Below the pieces are notes generated by a model that was given only the letters and a program-made list of their open reading frames with translations, had not been told where the DNA came from and made no database searches. DNA of 62,293 nucleotides, filler included, from Chiloscyllium plagiosum (taxonomy: Eukaryota), in the NCBI RefSeq assembly GCF_004010195.1. It is 4 parts of one record of this genome, joined end to end, with 100 filler letters (N's around TTAATTAATTAA, not from the genome) between each part and the next. Parts side by side here need not be neighbours in the genome. Positions count along the whole stretch, not along the records: positions 26,505 to 47,816 come from NC_057717.1; 3 more parts are not named here. One strand, given 5' to 3'. A program made the position numbers and the translations under genes. Position 1 is the stretch's first letter, and each line of letters starts with the position of its first letter. Shown piece after piece: positions 26,505 to 40,028 of this stretch.

Positions 26505-26860
26505 TCTCCAGTTTCCTCATTTCCCCTCCCCCCACCTTGTCTCAGTCAAATCCCTTGAACTCAGCACTGCCTTCCTAACCTGCAATCTTCTTCCTGACCT
26601 CTCCGCCCCCACGTCACTCCCGCCTATCACCCTTACCTTGACCTCCTTTCACCTATCGCATTTCCAACGCCCCTCCCCCAAGTCCCTCCTCCCTACCTTT
26701 CATCCTAACCTGCTGGACACACTTTCCTCATTCCTGAAGAAGGGCTTATGCCCAAAATGTCGATTCTCCTGCTCCTTGGTTGCTGCCTGAACAGCTGCGC
26801 TTTTCCAGCAACACATTTTCAGCTCTGATCTCCAGCATCTGCAGTCCTCACTTTCTCCCC
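26505..26860 (+). mobile_element. Penelope-like 3' end with terminal repeat (hammerhead motif at 26729-26766)
   Basis: SSFLISPPP ORF end, C/T-rich spacer, CTGAAGA-A-GGGC-TTAT-GCCC-AAAATGTC, then the GATGCTGCCTG..CCAGCATCTGCAGTCCTCACTTTCTCC-type tail. Confidence 0.8.
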
Positions 26861-29800
26861 AAACAAGTTCACAGGCCATTCCTAGGGGAACAGAATTGGG
26901 AATGGTGCCACATGTCGTTGCTAGGAAAATAAAGGGGCGATGGGGCAACAGGCTAGGAGGACAGAGATGGTTACGAGCCACAGGCTATGGCCATTCAAGA
27001 GTGTGTGGATGTGTTCACAGGCTGTTGCCAAAGGATCTGAGTGGGATCGTTTAACAGATCGTTGCTAGGGTCCAAAACAGGGATGAGGTCACAGGCCATT
27101 GTTAGGAGAACAGAGCGAGGATAAGTTTGCAGGTCGTGAAAAGGGAAACACAGTGTGAATGGGTTCGCAGGCAGTTGGTGGGAGAAAAGAGAGGGGATGG
27201 TATTACTGGCAGTTGCGAGGAGAAAATAGTTTGGATTATTTCACAAGCCGTTACAAGGAGAAGAGGGTAGAGATGGAGATACTGCTTGTTGGTCGGGGAA
27301 CGGAATGGGTATAGTTGCGCAAACCGTTGCTAGGAGAACATAGCGTGGTTGGGTTTACAGGTCATTGCTAGGAGGACAGTGTGGTGATATGGCTACAGGC
27401 AGCTGGGCGGAGACCATACTTCTGTTCGAGACACGGGCTGTTGCTGGTGAAATAGAATGTAGCTGGGGTCACAGTCGATTGAGAGGGGAACACAGTGGAA
27501 ATGGGGCCACAGGATGTTTCTGGGGGGGCAGAGTGGTGATAGTTTCACAGAACGTTGCTTGGAGGAACAGACTTGGGAATGGGAAACATGCAGTTGATGA
27601 TAGGACTGAACGGGCATTGTGTCACAGGAAGTTGCTAGAACAGAATTTGGTTGGGTTCACAGGTCGTTGTACGGGTAACAGAATGAGGATGAGATCACAA
27701 GTTGTTGCGAGGCGATCGGGGGATACGTTCACAGAACGTTGCATGGGGAAACAGTGGGGAAGATTTCACACGCATTTGCTATCGGAATTAAAAACTAAGG
27801 GGATGGGGTCACAAGCAGTTTCTAGGGAACAGGTAGGGAATGATTTCGCAGGCTGGTCCTAAGGGTAGGGGTCGTGTCACAGAGTAGCGGTCGAATGACA
27901 AACTGTTGTCAGGAAAACAGAGAGTTAACAGGTCATTTCGAGGAGATTGGATTGGGGACGGGGTCACAGCCTGTTGCGAGGAGAAATTCCTGAGAATGTG
28001 TTCAGAAAGCATTGCAAGGAGAATAGATTACAGATGTGGTTAGACACCATTGCTAAAGAACAGAGCGAGAAAAGGATTATAGGCCATTGCTAGGAGAACA
28101 GAGGAGGGTTGAGTTAACAGGCACTTTTTTGTGGATTAGAGTGGTGTTGGGTTCACAGGCCGTTGCAAGGAGAAAAGCTGGGAATGTGTTCAGAGACTGT
28201 TGCTGATAAAGCAGAGTGAGGATGCGGTCACAGGTCATTACTATGAGAACAATTATGTGATGGGGTGTCAGGCAGATGCGAGGAGAACACAGTGGCGATG
28301 GTTTCGCAGGCTGTTGCGCGGAAACAGACTGAGCCTGTGTCCACAGGCATTTGCTAGGAGAACAGAATCGATATTGAGTCACAGGTCGTAGCTAGAAGAA
28401 CAGAATGGGGATGGGCTCACAGGTTGTTGCCAATGAACAGAGCTGCGATTGGATCACATGCAGTTGCTAGGGGAAAAGAGAGGGAGCAGGTTTAAAGGCC
28501 TTTGTTGGGAGAAAACAGTGGGGATGTGTGCACAGGCAGTTGCTGGTTGAAAAGAACGGGTTCAAATGAAGCTTTAAAGTGAATACATTGGGCATGACTA
28601 AAGAAGATATTTCTCGAGGCTCACGTTAGGGATGGATTCATGGGCGATTGCGAGGGGAACAGAGGGAGGATAAGATCACCTGTATTCGTCAACAAAATAC
28701 AGTGGCATGGGGTCCCAGGCAGTTGCTATTGGAATACAACGGGAATGGGGTCACAAGCAGTTTGTAGAACACTGCATGGATGAGGTCTCAAGCATTCGCT
28801 GATGGAACAGAGTCGTGATGGTTTCCAGGCCGTTGTTAGTGGAACAGAGTGGAAATGGGTTCACAGGCTGTTGTTGCGGGAGCAGAATGGGGATGGTGTC
28901 ACAGGCAGTTACTAGGGAAACAAACCCGTGTTGACTCTCAGGTCATTGTCACGTGAATAGGGCAGGGATGGAGTTATAGGCGGTTCCTTGGAAACGGAGT
29001 GGGACCGCCTTCCCAAGCCATTGGTAGGATTACAAACGTGTGACGGGTTCATAAGCCATTGTGAGGAAAACGCAGTCAGGAAAGATTCACAGGCGGTTGC
29101 TGTCGGATAACAATGGGTATCGGGTCAAAGGCTATTGCTCAGGGAGAGAAGTGGGGATGGGTTTACAGATCATTGCTTGGAGGACACTGTGAGTGGGATC
29201 ACAAACCGTTGCTCGGAAAACCAGGTGTGAATGGTTCACAGGCAGTCGCGAGGACAACAGAGTGTGGATAGGGTGACAGTCTGTTACTTGGGGAACCGAG
29301 TCGGAATGGGTTCAAAGGCGGTTGCTCGTTGAACAGGGTTGGAATGGGATCGGAGGCCATTATTAGGGGAACAGAATGAAGATGCAGTTATAGGCTGTTG
29401 CCAAGAGAACAGATTGATGATGGGTTCATAGGTCTTTGATAGATGAACAGATTGAAAATCAGTTCATGGGATGATATGAGAGGAGCAGAATGGGGATGGG
29501 GTCTCAGGTCACTTCTAGGGAAACAGTGTGATTGAGGTACAGGCCGTTGCTCGGGGAGTAGAGTGTGGATGCGGTTACAGGCCGTTTCCAAGCGAAAAAT
29601 GAGATGGGTTCACAGGCCATTGCTAGGGGTACAGCTGAGGGTGTGGGTAGGGGTATCTCAGCCCTTTTCTATGACAATAGTGTGGGGATGTTTTCCCAGG
29701 CCTTTGCTTGGGAAATAATGAGAAGATGGGCTCGCAGTTCGTTGTCAGAAGAACAGAGCAGGGATTGGGTTACAGGCAGTTGTTCGGGTTACAGTTCGGG

Positions 29801-32800
29801 GGTTGACTTCACAGGGAAACGGAGTAGGGATGGATTCATTGGCTGTTGCTCCTGGGAAACAGCAGGGATTGGGTCTCAGGGCCTTGCTCGGGGAAAACAG
29901 CGCGTGTGGGATCAAAGGTCGTTGCTACGGAAACAGATTGTGTATTGCATCACAGAGAGTTGATGGGGTCACAGGCAGTTACCCGGGGAAGAGAGTGAGG
30001 ATGCGTTCACAGGCTGTTGCGAAGGGATCTGAGTAGGATGATTTCACAGGTATTTGGTAGGGAACCGAGCGGGGATGGGATCACAGGCAGGCGCTGGGAT
30101 AACAGAGTGAGGTTTGGTTTACAATCCATAACAAGGGAGCACAGTGTGCATCTGTACACAGGCAGCTGATAGGGGAAAACAGAGGGGATGGGGTTATTTA
30201 TAGTTGCGGGAGAAAAGAGACTGAATTGTTTCACAGGTAGTTGCTGGGCGAAGAGCGTTGGATCGGTTCACAGATTGTTTCAAATTGATCTGATTGGGAT
30301 GGGTTCACAGGTCTTTGCTAGGGAACAGAGCGGGGATGGTTTCACAGACTGTCGCTGGGAGAACAGAGTGAGGATTTGTTCACAGGTAGGTGCTAGGTTA
30401 CAATAGCGGGCATGCTGTTAGTGACAGTTGCTAGAAGAACAGAGAGTGGATTGTTTCACCAGCAGTTGTTCGGGAACAGAGTCGGCAGGGCTCACAGGCT
30501 GTTGCTCGGAGAACATAGTGAGGGTTGCATCACAAGTCGTTGCTCTGAGGATTCTCGGAGAAATGTGTTCACAGGCAGTAGCTAGGACAACAGAGTGGGG
30601 ATGGGTTATCAGACATTTGCGAGGAGAACAGTGTAGGGATAGTCTCCTATTTTTTGCACGGGTAACAGATTGGGGATTGAGTCACAGGCTGTTGCTGGGA
30701 GATCTGAGTGTGGCAGATGCCACAGGCATTTGCTCGGCGAACAGAGTGGGGATGGGGTCACAGGCAGCTGCTGTGCGAGGAAAGTGAAGATGCGTTTACA
30801 GGACATTATAAGGGAACACATTATGATGGTTCATAGTCACTGCTAGGGAAAAAAAATATCGGTGATGGTGTTATTGGAAGTTGCAAGAAGGAAAGAGTCT
30901 GCATTGTTTCCCAGGCCATTGCTGGAAGAGAGTGGGGATTGGGCCACAGGTTGTTGCGAGGGGATCAGAGTAGGGATAGTTTCTAGGTTGTTGCTAGGGG
31001 AACACATTGTGGATGGGTTCACAGACCGTTGCTCAGAGAAAAGAGTGGGGATGTGGCCACAGGTAGTTGCTTGGACTACAGAATGGGGACGTGGCTGCAG
31101 ACTGTTGCAACGAGAAACGAATGGCATTGGAACCACAAGCTTTTGGTAGCTAAGAGATTGGGAATGGGTTCACTGGCAGTTGCTAGGAGAACAATTTGGA
31201 GGTAGTCTACTCGGGAAATAGAGCCGGGATTGAGTCACGGGCCTTTGCTGGAGAACCGAATGTGGATGGTGTCACAGGCATTTGCTCGGCAACAGTGTAT
31301 GGGGTCGCAGGCAGTTGCTGGGAAAGCAGAGTAAGGATGCGTTTAAAAGCCATTGCAAGGGAACGCAGTGTGGAAGGGTTCACAGGCAGTTGCTAGGGGT
31401 AAAGGGGTAACTGGTGTTATTGGCAGTTGCGAGATGGAAATCGTGTGCATTTTTTCATAGGCCATTGCCAGAGGAACAAATTGGGGATGACTCCACAGGC
31501 AGTTGCTAGGAGGACAGAATGTGGACGTGGCTAAAGACCGTTGCTAGGATAACAGAGTGACGTTGGAGCCACAGGTTTTTGGTAGGGGAAGAGAGTGGGA
31601 ATGGGCGCATAGCAATTGCGAGGGTACAAAGTGTGGATCGGGTCACAGGCTGTTGCTAAGCGATCTAAGTGGGATAGGTCCACAGGTGTCTGCGCAGGAA
31701 GAGAACGGGGATGGGTTCACAGCCTGGTGCTGAATGATCTCAGTGGGATGTGTTCACAGATCTCTGCTCAGGAACAGAGCGGGAATAGGGACGCACGCAG
31801 TTGCTGGGATAACAGACTGAGGATTGGTTCACAGGCAGTTGCTCGTGGAAAAGAGGTGTGTTGGAATTATTGACAGTTGTTCGGAGAACAGTGCCCGGAT
31901 TGTTTCACAAACGGTTGCTGGGGAACAGAATCGGCATGTATCCACACGTATGTCTAGGGAAACAGAATGGGGATGGAGTGAACGACCGTTGCTAGGAGAA
32001 CTCTCGAGGAATCGGTTCACAGGGAGTAGCGAGGACAACAGAGTAGGGATGGGTTCACAGGCATTAGCGAGGAGAAATTTGTGGGGATTGGCTACCAGAC
32101 TGTTGCTCTGATAACAGAGTGGTGTTTAAGCCACGGGCTTTTGCTGGTGGAGAACGGAGCGGTGATGGGGCCACAGGCCATTGCTGGAAGAGCAGAGTGA
32201 GGGTGGGTTTATAGGCCGTGACAAGGGAAACACGGTGCGGATAGGTTCACAGACAGTTGCTGAGGGAAATTAGAGGGAATTGGTTCATAGGCAGATGCTA
32301 GGTGAGGATTGTGGGGATGGGGCCAAAGGTTGTTGCGAGTATAGCCGAGTTTGGCTGGAGCCAAAGGCTGTTGCTGAGGGAGATAAATGCATATGGTTTC
32401 ATGGGTTCTCGCTAGGAGAACCCCGTGGGGATGGGTTCACAGGCCATTGTTATGATAATAGTTGAGGATGAGTTCACAGGCTGTTGCCTGGGGAACGGAG
32501 TGGGGATCAGGTTCACAGGCAGTTGCTCGGGGAACATACTGGAAGGATTCACAGGCAGTTGCTCGGGGAACATGCGGGAAGGATTCACAGGCGGTTGGTT
32601 GTGGAAAAGGGAGAGGATGGGTTTACAGACCTTTACTTGGAGAATGGATTGCGGATGGGTGAACAGAGTGTTGCTCAAGGAAAACGGATGGAATGGGTTC
32701 ACAGGCCGTAAGTAACAGAACACAATGTGGATCGTTTCAAAGGCTGTTCCTAGGAGAAAACGGAGGGAATGGAGTCGTAGGCAGTTGCTAGAGAACACAA

Positions 32801-33176
32801 TCGCATGGGATCACAGCCAGTTACTGGGACATGAGTGTGGGGATAGGTTACAAGACTGTTGCTCGGGAAACAGAATGCAAGTTGAGTCACAGGCCATTGT
32901 TCGGAAAACAGACTGTGGACAGATTCGCAGGCCATTGTTAGCATAACAGAGTGGGGATGGGGGCACAGGCAGTTTATAGGAGAACAAATGGGGATGGGGC
33001 CACAGGTGGTTGCTGGCAAACAGAGTGGGGATGGGGCAACAGATAGTTGATCGGAGAACAGTGTCGGATTGAAGCCAGAGGCTGGTGCAAGGGGAGGATA
33101 GTGGGGGTGAGTTCACAGACTGTTGATAAAGGCTTTGTGTGGGAAGGGTTCACAGGTCATTGCTAGTGGAACACAG

Positions 33177-33389
33177 CTGAAAATGTGTTGGTGGAAAAGC
33201 GCAGCAGGTCAGGCAGCATCCAAGGAGCAGGAGAATCGACGTTTTGGGAATGAATCCTTCTTCAGGAATGAAGAAGGGCTCATGCCCGAAATGTCGAATC
33301 TCCTGCTCCTTGGATGCTGCCTGACCTGCTGCGCTTTTCCAGCAACACATTTTCAGCTTTGATCTCTAGCATCTGCAATCCTCACTTTC
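33177..33389 (+). mobile_element. Fold-back Penelope-derived short insertion with 16-bp TSD
   Basis: TGCTAGTGGAACACAG at 33161-33176 and 33390-33405; ~90-bp inverted arms. Confidence 0.9.
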
Positions 33390-36300
33390 TGCTAGTGGAA
33401 CACAGTATGGATGGTTTCACAGGCAGTTGCTCGGGAAAATGGAATGGGCGGGGTCAAATGGTGTTGCTAGGAGAACAAAGTGGGAATGAAAAAAGAGGGT
33501 ATTTCCAGGGGCTTAGAGTGGGAATGGGTTCAGAGGCTATTGCTCGGGTAACAGAGAGGGGATTGGATCACAGGCAGTTGCTAAGAGAAGACAGCAGGGA
33601 TGGGCTCCCAGGCAGTTGTTACAACAACAGAATGGAGATTGAGTCACAGGCCATTGCTAGGGAAAACATCGGGGGAATGTGTTCACAGGCTGTTGTTGTC
33701 GTTATACAGTGGGAATTGGTTCACAAGCAGTTTGTAGGAGAACACTGCGTGGATGTGGTTACAGGAGATTGCTTGGGTGATCAGAGTAGATATGATTTTC
33801 CAGGCCGTTGGTTGGGAACAGAGTGGGAGTGGTTTCACAGATTGCTGCGAGGGAAACAGAGTTGAAACTGGTTCACAGGCTGTTGCTAGAGTAGATGAGT
33901 GGGGATAGAGTCAAGGGCAGTTGCAAGGGAAACAGATTGGATTGAGTCACAGATCATTGTTAGGGGAACAGGGCAGGGATGGGGTAACAGGCAATAGCTG
34001 GACAAACAGTAGGGGCATGCTTTCACAGGCCGTTGTGAGGGGAAAACAGTGGGTAAGGGTTTCCAGGGTTTTGGTAACGGAAAACAGCGGGAATGCTGTC
34101 ACAAACCATTGCTCGGGGAAAGGAGTGAGGATGGGTCTATAGAACATTATTAGGAGAACACAGTGTGAGTGGGTTTGCAGGGCGTTGTTCGGGAAACAGA
34201 GTTTGAATGTGCTCACAGGCAGTTGCTAGAGCAACAGTGTGGGGATGCAGAGAGAGGTCGTTGCCTGGGGAACCGAATAGGAACAGGTTCACATTTTGTT
34301 ACTAGTTGAACAAAGTGGGGATGGGGTCAGAGGCCATTGCTAGGTGAACAGAATGTTGGCGCTTTTACAAACCATTGCCTAGAGAACAGATTGATGATGG
34401 GTGCATACGCCGTTGCTAAAGGAACTGAGTGGAAATGAATTCCCATACTGTTACTAGGGGAACAGAATGGAGATGGGCTCTCAGGTAATTGTTTGGAAAG
34501 CAGTGTGTGGATTGAGTCACAGGTCATTGTTAGGAGAACAGAGCAGTGATGTGGTTTCAGGCTGTTGCAAAGAGAAGATGATTGAGGATGGGTTCACGGG
34601 TCATTGATAGGGGTACAATCGGGTGTAATTGTTTCACAGGTTGTTCTCTATTACAACAGTGTGGCGATAGGGTCCAAGGCCGTTGACAGTGAAATCGAGT
34701 GGGGATGGAAACGCAATTTGTTGTCGGAGGAACAGAACGGAGATGTGGTTACAGGCAGTTGCTCAGCTAACAGTTGGAGAGATGGGCTCACAGGCCATTG
34801 TGAGGGGAATATATTCGGGATGGACTCATAAGGTGATGCTATCGGTGAACAGAGGGGATTGGTTCTCAGACACTTGCTGAGAGAACATAGTGGGGATGGG
34901 GTCAAAGGCCGCCGCTCGGGAAACAGAGTAGGAAAGGGGTCACAGGTCGTTGAAGTGAGAAAACAGAGTGGATGGTTTCACAGGTTGTTGCTTGCGGAGC
35001 AGATTGGTTATGGGTTTACAAGCGATTACGAGAATAATTCAGTGTATGCAGGCAGTTGCCAGGTGAAAAGAGAGGGAATGGTTCCACAAGCTATCGATCG
35101 GGGAACTTACTAGGGATGGGTTTACAGACCGTTGCTGGGAGAACAGAGTGGGGATGGAAACATAGGCAGTTGTTAGAGGATTTAGTGGAATGGGTTCACA
35201 GATCATTTGTATTGAAGCAAAGTGTTGTTATGTTCACATGCAATTACTAAGGCAAAGGAGAGAGGATGGGGCAACAGACAGTTGCGAGGGGAACAGAGTG
35301 GGGAAGTGTCAACAGCTTTTGCTATCGGAAATGGAAAGGAATAAGCTCACAGGCAGTTGATCGGATAACATAGCAGAGATGGGGTCACAGGCAGTTAGCC
35401 GGAGAACACAGTGTGGTTGGGTTCACAGGCCTTTGCAAGGGGGACAGAGTGGGATATGTTTGCAGCCTCTTGGGAGGAGAACAGTCGGGGGATGGTTTCA
35501 GAGTCTGTTGCCACAAGAATAGTCAGACGTATGGGTGCACGGGCCATTCGTCAGAAAATAGAGTGGTAATGGGGTAATAGGTCGTTGATGGGAGAACGGA
35601 ATGGAGATGGGTTTACAGGCTGTTACAAGGAGAACACAGTGTGGACGGGTTCACAGGCAGTTGCTAGGGGAATGGGGATGGAATGGGATCACAGGCAGTT
35701 ACAAATAGAACAGAGTGGGGATAGTTTCAAGACCGTTGCTAGGAGAACAGAATGCTGATGTGATCAGAGGCTGTTGCTGAGAAAACAGACGAGGGAATTG
35801 TATCTCAGTCAGTTGATAGGAGAACGGTCAGGCGTATGGGTTCACAGTTTGTTCCTAGGACAACAGAGTGAGGATGGATCGGTGCTGGGAGAACATAGTG
35901 GGATCGGGTTTACAGGATATTACAAGGAGAACACAGTGTGGACGGGTTCACAGGAAGTTGCTCGGCGAAAGAAGGAGAATGGGTAGCAGGCAGTTGCAAG
36001 GAAAAACGATTGGGGAACGGTTCACATGCAGTTGCTAGGGGAACAGAGTGGGGCAGGTTCACATTGAATTGCTCGGTGAATGGAGTGGGGATTGATAATT
36101 GGAGAGGGGGGCACAGGCTGAAACCGTTGCTAATGGACAATTGTAGGGATAGTTTCACAGGCCTTTGCCAGGGGCACAAAGCGATCATGGGTACAAAAAG
36201 CAGTTGGTAGCGTAGGAGATTGGCGATAATTTCAGAGACTGTTGGTCGTGGAAGAGCTTGAAGATGAGTTCACAGACAATTGCTGGGGAGCAGAGTTGGG

Positions 36301-37310
36301 ATGGGGCCACTGGTTATTACTCGGAGATCAGCATGTGCAGGGGGACACAAGCTGTTGCTAGCGCGGGGGTAGATTCACAGGCTGTTGCTCAGAGAAAAGC
36401 TTGGGAATGTGTTCAGAGTGTTTCTGGTAGAACAGAGTATGGAAGGGGTGAAACGCCATTGTTAAGTAATACAGAGGGGATGGAAGGGGGGATTGAATCA
36501 CAGGCGATTGTGAGGGGAGCAGAGTGTGGATTGATTTACAGGCAGTTGCTGGCAGAACAGTGTGTAGAAGGGTTCACATGGTTGTGAGGGAAACAGAGAG
36601 AGGATTGGATCACAGGCAGTTGCTTGGGAAACATTGCGCGCATGTGTTCACAGGCTGTGGCTAGGGGAAAGCAAGTGGATGAGGTCACAGGGAGTTGCTA
36701 GGAGAACAGTGTGGTGATGGTTTCACAGACTGAAGCTTGGCATCAGAGTGTGGTTTGAGTCAAAGGACATTGCTTGAGAAACAGAGTGGGGATAGAGTCA
36801 CGGGTCGATTCTGCGGCATCAGAATGGGACTGGAATCGCAGGTTTTTGCTAGAAGAGCAGTCCTTGAAACCGTGATGGTTTCACAGTCCTTTGCTCTGAG
36901 AACAGTCGGGCGTATGGGTGCACAAGCCAGTTTTGGGAAAATAGAAGGCTAATAAAGTCACAGTTCGTTGATGCGAGAACGGAGGGGGAATGGGTGTACA
37001 GGCTGTTACAAGGAGAAAACAGTGTGGGCGGATTTACTGGTAGTTGCTAGTCGAAAGGAGAGGGAATGGGATGACAGGCTGTTGCTAGGGGAAAGCAAAT
37101 GGATAGGGTCACAGGCATTTGTTAACAGAACAGTGTGGGGATGGTTTCACAGGCCGATGTATGGGAAACAGAGTGGTGATTGATTCACAGGTCGATTCTC
37201 GGACATCAGAATGGGGCTGGGATAGCAGGTTCTTGCCAGAAGAACAGTCGGTGTGATAGTTTCACAGACCTTTGCTCTGAGAACAGTCGGGAATATAGGT
37301 TCACAGGCCA

Positions 37311-37537
37311 AAAGAGAAAACGTTGGAAAATTTCATCAGGACTGGCAGTATCTTTAAGGAGAGAAAATAGTTGACGTTTCAAGTCTAGCTGACCCTTTGT
37401 CAAAGCTTTGTCAAAGAGTCAGTTAGACTCGAAACGTCAGCTCTCTTCTCTCCTTACAGATGTTGCCTGACCTGCTGAGATTTTCCAGCATTTTCTCCTT
37501 TGGTTTCAGATTCCAGAGTCCGCAGTAATATGCTTTT
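37311..37537 (+). mobile_element. Fold-back Penelope-derived short insertion (different subfamily) with 18-bp TSD
   Basis: ATATAGGTTCACAGGCCA at 37293-37310 and 37538-37555; palindrome centred on AAGCTT at 37403-37408. Confidence 0.9.
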
Positions 37538-38139
37538 ATATAGGTTCACAGGCCATTCGTGGGAAAATAGAGTGGACATAGGGTCGTTGCTGGGACGTCA
37601 GAGTACGGTTGTGACCACAGGTTCCTGTTGGAATACAGTCGGCGGGATGGTTTCACAGTCCTGTGCTATGAGAACAGCTGGGCGGATGGGTTCACAGGCG
37701 GTTGCTGGGAGAACAGAGTGAGGTTGTGTTTATCGGCCATGCGAAGGAGAACACAGTATGGACGGGTTCGCAGGCAGTTGTGCGGGAAAGGAGAGGGGAT
37801 GAGGTCAAAGGCAGCCGCTTGGGTAACAAAGCGGGGACAGGTTCACATTGAGTTGCTCGGGCAAGAGAGTATGAATGGATTCGCAGCCTGTTGTTTGGTT
37901 AACAGTGTGGGGATTGAGTCATAGGCCGTTGTGACGGGAGCAGAATGAGGAAGTTTTCACAGGCCGCTGCTCGGGGAAAAGAGAGGGGATGGGATCAAGG
38001 GCAGTTGCTGGGGAAAATTGAGCGCATGGGATTACAGGCTATTGTTGGGAGAACAGAGTGGGAATGGTTTCACAGACCATTGTTAGAGGAAAGGAGTGGA
38101 GATGAGCCCACAAACTGTTGTTGGAACAATCAATGAACA

Positions 38140-38790
38140 ACCCACTTCTGAGGTTATGATGGAGGAAAGCCACTGATGCTGCAGCTGCTGATAGACCATC
38201 GTGGCTCATGGATGCGCAGTTTCCATTTGTTCTGTCGGCTGGATGTATGTCTTACATCAAAGGATGTAGTGCCACATTACACAGAGGGCGTTGCCTTCAA
38301 AATGAGGCTGTGACTTTCCTTCCACCAGGACTCTATGCTGATTGCTCCGACCGATACTTTTCTGGATAGAGCGATCTGTGACATGTGGGTTAATGCGCAT
38401 GTTTCCGTCTTAATGGTTCCCCTGTAATTTCCCACAGTCTGGCTGCTGTGCCCTGAGGCTTCGCCCTGCTCAGTCAGCCGTGGGCCTGTAGAGGCACTCC
38501 CGGTGGTGGACATTGAAGTACATCACCCAGAATACGTTCTGTGTCCTTGTGACCCTCAGTGCTTCCTCCCATTTATTTTCAACATTGAGGGGATCTGAGT
38601 TATAACCGCGGGGTGGTGTGGAGGGCACACTAACAGGAGATTTCCTTGTCCATCTCTGACCTGTTCCGATAAGATTTCCCGGGTTCTGTAATCAACTTTG
38701 GGGAATTCCAGGATAACTCCTTTCCTGACTGCACCCTCCCGTGCCACGACTACTTTTGAGTTTGTCCTGCCAATGGGATTGGACATAACC
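38140..38790 (-). mobile_element. CR1-group LINE fragments (endonuclease plus RT pieces)
   Basis: Reverse complement resembles SHRQDR..GGG..QVRDGQGNLLL..PP..VTRTQNVFWVMYFNVHH, an APE domain. Confidence 0.65.
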
Positions 38791-38929
38791 GCGGATGGTG
38801 TTTGGGGCTTTATGAAACATTAACAATAAAGTTTGAATCTGTGAGTATGAGGGTATCACAGAATACAGGTTACAATGTATCAGGGAATAATGGGTTAAAA
38901 AGTTGAATGAAAGGCACTCGACCTAAATT

Positions 38930-39170
38930 TCTTATATATTCTCAAAACTGACTGAGGAAATTACTGAATACATTGAGGGAAATGGCTACGATTTAATTGC
39001 ATCAGAAAGACATGGCTACAGGGTCATCAATATTGGGAACTGAATACAGAACATTTTACATCCGGGAGTGTTAGACAGAACTGAAAACGAGATGGGGGAA
39101 AATAGCTGAATAAGCGTTGACATCTACACAGAGATTAAAGACGATCTTGCATCACATTTTTGAGCTTTAT
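38930..39170 (+). mobile_element. CR1 endonuclease N-terminal fragment
   Basis: IEGNGYDLIA..TWLQGHQYWELN resembles the CR1 YDxIAITETWLQ motif. Confidence 0.65.
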
Positions 39171-39304
39171 CTTTGTCTTATCCATTTTGTGAACAAAGTG
39201 CCAGTTGGGTTGTTTGGGGGAAGGATTCCCACCGCGAGCCTGAGTGGGTCTCACCAAAGTTAGTGGGTAGAAGGGTCTTTCTGATGTAGGTCTTTATGAC
39301 TCTA

Positions 39305-39470
39305 TCAAATTCTGTACCCGACATTCCCTGGAACATTCTATACCGGCCAATCCCCGGATTAATACATTGCCCACATTTCCTGGAACATTCTGTACCCGAC
39401 ATTTCCTTCAAATTTATTTACTAACCTTTCCTGGAGATTTCTATACCCGAAATTACCTAGAATATTACTT
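39305..39470 (+). repeat. ~26-bp minisatellite (ATTCTGTACCCGACATTCCCTGGAAC), about 6 degenerate units
   Basis: Units visible at ~39309, 39335, 39387 and 39438. Confidence 0.75.
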
Positions 39471-40028
39471 CTCTGATTTTATTTGTCAACGGCCAGTGAA
39501 TTGAGCATAAGATACGATACTGAGGGAAGAGATTCCGTCCCAGGGACATAGAGACACTGTTCCGAAATCCCCTCAAGCAGTTAAAGGGGTGAATACGTTT
39601 TCCCTGCATTTACATGTCTTCACGACACAGGATCGACCACAACTTACACGAAAAGTCAGAAATTTCCAAACTCCGTTTGTTTTCATGGAACTGGGAGGGA
39701 ATCCTTCAGAAGAGCAACGTTTTAACACGAGGTATTAGGCACTTGAAAGAGTGAACTGTGTCTGTTCTCAACTGATCGAGTGTGTTGAGATTGTTGTAAA
39801 AACCGTCTGTTCTTATGAATGTCTCTCTGTGTTTGGGGAGGGAGGGTTTCTTGTGTTTTGAGACACTTTTTTCATTAATTCAGACCATCCATTTCTTATT
39901 TCCTTTCGAATTATTTTAATAAATCCATGTATACAGTGACACATCTAAATATCTCACTGGGGCCTCTGTCAAACTGGTCAATTTCGCTCCAGTCTAATGT
40001 ACAATTTGTTTCTTTTCCTTCCTCACAG

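Larger units (their letters stand above)
26865..38135 (+). repeat. Satellite B: ~38-bp (36-39) diverged G-rich tandem array, consensus AACAGAGTGGGGATGGGTTCACAGGCAGTTGCTAGGAG
   Basis: TTCACAGG/CACAGG recurs every 36-39 bp (32473, 32512, 32548, 32584; 32964, 33001) over ~11 kb. Confidence 0.95.

Noticed and set aside
13836..38135. CRISPR-like arrays (34-38 bp periodicity)
   Set aside because: Units are head-to-tail with no unique spacers, there are no cas genes, and the context is vertebrate; these are satellites.
27365..38136. Many 60-180 aa ORFs in satellite B
   Set aside because: They are translations of the repeat unit (SQAVA, FTGSC, HRLLL in the three frames), not genes.
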